The notes under the pieces: model-generated | Databases searched by the model: none | Told to the model about the DNA's origin: nothing | The model's input: the letters and a program-made list of their open reading frames with translations, nothing else | Translations under genes and position numbers: made by a program | Assembly (NCBI GenBank): GCA_964036045.1 | Contig: OZ038379.1 | Span: 17,670,001 to 17,734,000 of the forward strand | Length of the DNA: 64,000 bases | Origin: Eutreptiella sp. 'Long Island Sound 2002' | Lineage: Eukaryota; Protista; Euglenida | Direction of reading: 5' to 3' | Part shown: positions 59,184 to 64,000 of the stretch, piece by piece | Layout of the letters: the number at the start of each line of letters is the position of its first letter | Position numbering within the stretch: the stretch's first letter is position 1

Positions 59184-61448
59184 CTTGGGGTGCACTGTGC
59201 GCACGCGTAGCGCCGTAAACGTGGGGCGCCCAGGTGCGAAAAGTGCCATAAACACCACGGAGGTTTCCATTAGGTGTTGGGATTGCCAAAGGGGGGATAG
59301 TAGGCGGTTTGGCACATTTCTAACATAAGCGTTTACGGCGCCAGCGGCGTAAACGTTTACGGCGCTGGCGCCGTAAATAGTCAGGACTATTGGAGGGGAA
59401 GCAGTCAGGAAGCAGGGATATCCCAACCCCTAGAGACTACACCCCTCCTTGGAGCCCTGTCTGACGGAGAAGGGCAGAGATGGACAAATTGGGAGGAACC
59501 TGCATAGTCCTCTTGTTGCATCATGCTGATATGGGGGTGAACTCAAACGCTTTCCACATAAGCCCTACGGGCACACCAGTGAACACCACCAATGGACAGG
59601 GGGGGATCATTCTGTAGTGGGTACACATTTACGGCGCTGGCGCCGTAAAATGAGAGGAGGTAGTTTCTGATGATTATCGCGATAATGGGGTTTTTGTGGC
59701 AGTGCCCTTCACCAGCACCAGCCAGAAGATTTCCGGGTGCACCTAAACACGGTGACAAATGTTAAAACTGCAAACTGCACAAACTGCCATATGCAGGGGT
59801 CATGAAAATATGGGGGTGATCCAAAAAGGTTTCCACACCAGCCGAATGGGATCCAACAATTGAAACTATTAGGTTGTCTTTTCGGGGGTGGTTTGAAACG
59901 GGCTGTAAGAGCCAACAATTCTTCCAAGTGGGGAGCCCCCCAGTCTCACTGCAGTGCACCACCTTCTTGAATCTCTTGGTTCCGATGATTATTGTGACAA
60001 TGGGGTGTTTGTGGCGCTGCCTGTCATCAGCACCAATGACAAATGTGACCAGCATGTCCTTGGCCCATGTTTGCTGCAATCGCGTCTCTGCAGTCTGGCT
60101 GAACCTTTAGGAGCTGGCAGGGGAAATCCATAAAGACCATGAAAATGTTGCAAAAAGTGTAATACTTACATCAAAATGTGTCATTGCATGGGGTGGCAAT
60201 CGAAATTCTGAGCTGCCAGCCCCCCCCAGTTTCAGCCAGACCGCACACACACGATTGTAGCAAACATGGGTCAGGGTGCACCCAAGGACATGCTGGTCAC
60301 ATTTGTCATTGGTGCTGATGACAGGCAGTGCCACAAAAACCCATTGTCACAATAATCATCGGAACCAAGAGATTCAAGAAGGTGGTGCACTGCAGTGAGA
60401 CTGGGGGGCTCCCCACTTGGAAGAATTGTTGGCTCTTACAGCCCGTTTCAAACCACCCCCGAAAAGACAACCTAATAGTTTCAATTGTTGGATCCCATTC
60501 GGCTGGTGTGGAAACCTTTTTGGATCACCCCCATATTTTCATGACCCCTGCATATGGCAGTTTGTGCAGTTTGCAGTTTTAACATTTGTCACCGTGTTTA
60601 GGTGCACCCGGAAATCTTCTGGCTGGTGCTGGTGAAGGGCACTGCCACAAAAACCCCATTATCGCGATAATCATCAGAAACTACCTCCTCTCATTTTACG
60701 GCGCCAGCGCCGTAAATGTGTACCCACTACAGAATGATCCCCCCCTGTCCATTGGTGGTGTTCACTGGTGTGTCCGGCTGCCATAGGTCATGACGGGGAT
60801 CACACGGTAACTATGGGAAGCACCAGTGGACTATGCAGGTTCCTCCCCATCTAGGCATCTCTGCCCCACCCCTGTAGTGAATAACAATATTTGCACCACA
60901 TTCTGCTGTTTTCCAAGCTCTTGACAGCCGTCATTTTTTACGGTGCTGGTGCCGTAAACATTTTCGCAGAGATACTTCAATGGAAGCAGAATCTCTACAC
61001 CGAAAATTACAAAGAGGTGATATTTTGACAGGCTGTTTGAACTGCAGAGATCAATATTTTCTTCCTTGCAGACAGAAGCCTTGCCTCTGGTTCGCAAATT
61101 AGATCTTGCAGCTATCTTTCTCTTTTTCGTTTCTTTTTCTACATTCCTCTGGGGCTGCCAATGAACCATGGTACCATATCTGAACAAGGCCCAGGGTTTG
61201 ACATATTGGTACAACATGTTGCTGGAACTGTGTTTTTCAGATAAATTTCGGTGTAGAGAAAATGGAAAATTTGACCGGGATGCGTCAATGTTTGCGGCAC
61301 CGGCGCTGTCAATTTTCCGTTGGTTCCCCATTGGTGATTGAGGGGTTTAGAGCCCTCTCACACACATGTTTTCAAAAAGTGTATATTTTTTACGGCGCCC
61401 TAGGTTTGGGGGTTTACAGCTGTATCTGTGCGCGTAGTGCACCTCAAG
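59184..61448. mobile_element. ~2.3-kb TIR element with internal 1.2-kb palindrome
   Basis: Imperfect ~40-bp TIR CTTG(G/A)GGTGCACT..GCGCAC...GTAAAC; 5-bp TSD CGGAA (59179-59183 and 61449-61453); recurring hairpin motif TTTACGGCGC(T/C)GGCGCCGTAAA. Confidence 0.6.
59572..60772. repeat. Long inverted repeat (arms ~530 bp, spacer ~127 bp)
   Basis: 59572-60103 is the reverse complement of 60231-60772, near-identical over the outer ~430 bp. The ORF track gives identical peptides on opposite strands. Confidence 0.9.
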
Positions 61449-63642
61449 CGGAATGCTGTTCGCAGCCAAATGATATATACACCACTGCCCTGCAGCCAAA
61501 TGATATATATCACTTCCTTGTGTCCAAACAACATGCGAGTCCCCGGACTTCGTGCCCGATGACTGTCGAGACGCAGGGGGCGAGGGCGTCTGGGTGAGTC
61601 TGAGGAGGGCCTGAAGGGGGCGTGAAAGGGGGTATGGATAGGGGTGGCGGCTGAAGCAGATTTTATTTTAGCTGAGCCCAGTTCTGGGTCAAGATTTGTG
61701 GGCCAGGTGGATGGGTCCATGCAGAGTCCGACCCTCTTGGACCTCCTCCCCCGGTTTATACATGTGCCCCCCCCCCTGCCCCCCTCATCGCCCTGACCCC
61801 CCGTGCGTAGTGTTGGACAAACATTTCTGATCCCCACAGTGATTTGTGCGTATCTCAGTCCCAAGGCAGAGGGCAAGGGGGTTGCAAAGTACATTCTTGC
61901 TCCTGCTTCACCTTTTCACTGTCAATCAATTCTGTTTTCTGTGTTCAGGAGTCACCCTTCCCTTTCAGCTGGAGGACCGGTTCATGCTTTGTCTGGACGG
62001 TGGCGGCAGCAGAGGGGATGCTTACGGTTTTGAGTTCACCCTTTGCAAGCGGCCCTGCCACTTCCATTTCAATGTTTTCCAGCAGCAATGCATGTCTGCG
62101 GGCACGAAGCCCACGAACCCCCGTAGACGTGAGAACCTCGCTAATGCCCCCCACCTCCTCCCATACCCCAACCCCCCAAGTCTGTGGTTTGCCCCTACCT
62201 GTTTAAGTCTCGTATCAATATTTCAACACATCAAGTGTTTATGCCAATGTTTGAGCCCCCCCGTCTTGGGCGGAGCAGGTGGAGGATTTCATGACACAAG
62301 CCATTGAGCCGAGAGCCGGAAGATTTCGATTTTGTCACGTAGCTTCTGGGTGGCGACTTCTCTGCGCCCCCCGATGGGCTCTGTGTTGTATTCTGATTTG
62401 TCCGCACGAGTGTTGAGAATGTACGGTGGTGAAGGTTGGTGGCTACAGGGCGCAGAAGGCGTCACAGAGTGGGCGTCGCGCTCACGCATTGGGGTCTCGC
62501 TATCAAGTGGTGCATAGCGGTGCAGGGGAGCCGGCTCGGCCGGCGGTCGGTCACTGTGGCCCAGGGCTGTCACAATATTTTCGTGTTCCACCGTCAGATG
62601 CCCTTGGGCAGCCGCACTGAAGGGCACTGCGGTTGAGTTCGATGCTCGCTATCACGGTCTGCAGAACGGGGCCGTTGAACGCCCTGTACCACGGAGGTAC
62701 GGGGGGGCACCAGAGGGAACGCAGGGGACACCACCGCAGGGGCAGATTGATGCGACGGCACGGATGGCAGAGCGTTGAGCCTGGGTAGGTCCGCCCGTTG
62801 TACATGGCGCAGGGGTCCGGTACTGAGGCGCCCGCAGTGGGAGTTCCATATCAGTATCTTGTACGTGCCCCACTCCCCCTTTCCTCCGCAGCCGCATGTG
62901 TGCCGCACCGCCTCCCTCGTTTGGGGTATGTAGGAGAACTTGTCCCAATTGGTGAGCGAACATGGAATTTGGTTCAACAAAGACGTCTGAAACTGCTTGA
63001 CAGCACATGAACAGTGTTGGTGGGTGGAGCCTGGCTGGAGGGTCGGGGGGATGACTGCAAAACCTCGAATTCGGCCAGTCTACACCCTCTCAGAGCCCCA
63101 ACCCTCAATCTCCTTTGCGAAAAAGAGCTCCGTGACCCTCTTCCTCTTGTGACAGCAGTCTCCTCAGCGCTGGGGGGGGGGGGGGGGGGGGGCTGACCCC
63201 ATGAGCGGAATCACGTCCGCGGTGTACACACTGTCAAGCGCCATCTTCTAAATGCCTGCCAACCGCTGTCGTTGGATAGCTGCCAACACATCCGCCAACA
63301 ATGATCACAGTGCTGAGAGTTCAGGGCTGCAGCAAAAGCTGGGCAAACCCTGGCAAACAGCAGTCACATGCGGTGCACAGGCACGCCCTGCGCAGCCTTC
63401 ACTGCCTGGCTCTCTCATCCCCCCAGCCACTCCGAACACGGCGAGTTAGACAGTGTAGCTTTCGCGTACTGCACTGGGGCCAGCAAACCAATAGGCTTGT
63501 CCAACGACCACCCAGTCAGACGATGCTTTTGACCCTGAATGACTACAGTTTGGCGAAGGGATGCATGGTCACATCTCCTGATTTCGACACCAGCGTTGAC
63601 CCAGCGACGACGTTGTGAGACATTTCACAGACAAGCACAATC

Positions 63643-63702
<60 letters not shown>

Positions 63703-64000
63703 GTCTGTCTGTCTGTCTCATCCACATTTCCACGTGTGTGGGCCACTGCACAATTTTTGTAAATGCAATGGCTGGGGGGTTTCAGGCCCCACACAGGCAT
63801 ACAGGCCACCTGGGGGGGTGTAACAGGCACCCCAGCAAGGGTCTTCAAGCGGGGAAAGGGTTATTCTGTTGGTGGGAAGCGGCTTGGCGGTGACATCCCA
63901 TCCTGTAAATGACAGTGTATCTTGCCTATCAAACACTGTCTGCGGATACACATACCTTTTCCCGCGAGTGTAAAGGGCTGTTGTTGGATGGCTATAAAAG

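Overview
Eukaryotic, intron-rich, repeat-dense genomic DNA with GT-AG introns, many poly-G/C runs and microsatellites. The taxon cannot be fixed from the sequence. Two large multi-exon genes lie head-to-head about 8.6 kb apart. Gene A (minus strand, ATG at 31765, runs off the left edge) encodes a secreted modular protein of at least ~980 aa: signal peptide, 12 six-Cys sushi/CCP-like modules arranged with period 5, a Ser-Pro linker, then alternating Cys-rich and Kazal modules. Every internal exon is phase 1-1. Gene B (plus strand, 40411-58876, 7 exons, ~894 aa) encodes a stonustoxin (SNTX)-like MACPF/CDC pore-forming protein. Unlike the fish toxins it has a signal peptide, a 10-Cys insertion and an unrecognised C-terminal domain, with an FN3 domain and no PRY-SPRY. 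Introns and the intergenic region hold several TIR/TSD-defined DNA transposons: an intron-containing pogo/Fot-like DD35D element, a P-superfamily element with an 8-bp TSD, Harbinger-like, CACTA-like and TA-flanked MITEs, and a foldback element with a 1.2-kb palindrome. There are also retroelement fragments and tRNA-derived repeats. All gene models and family assignments were made by eye from motifs recalled from memory; no searches were run.
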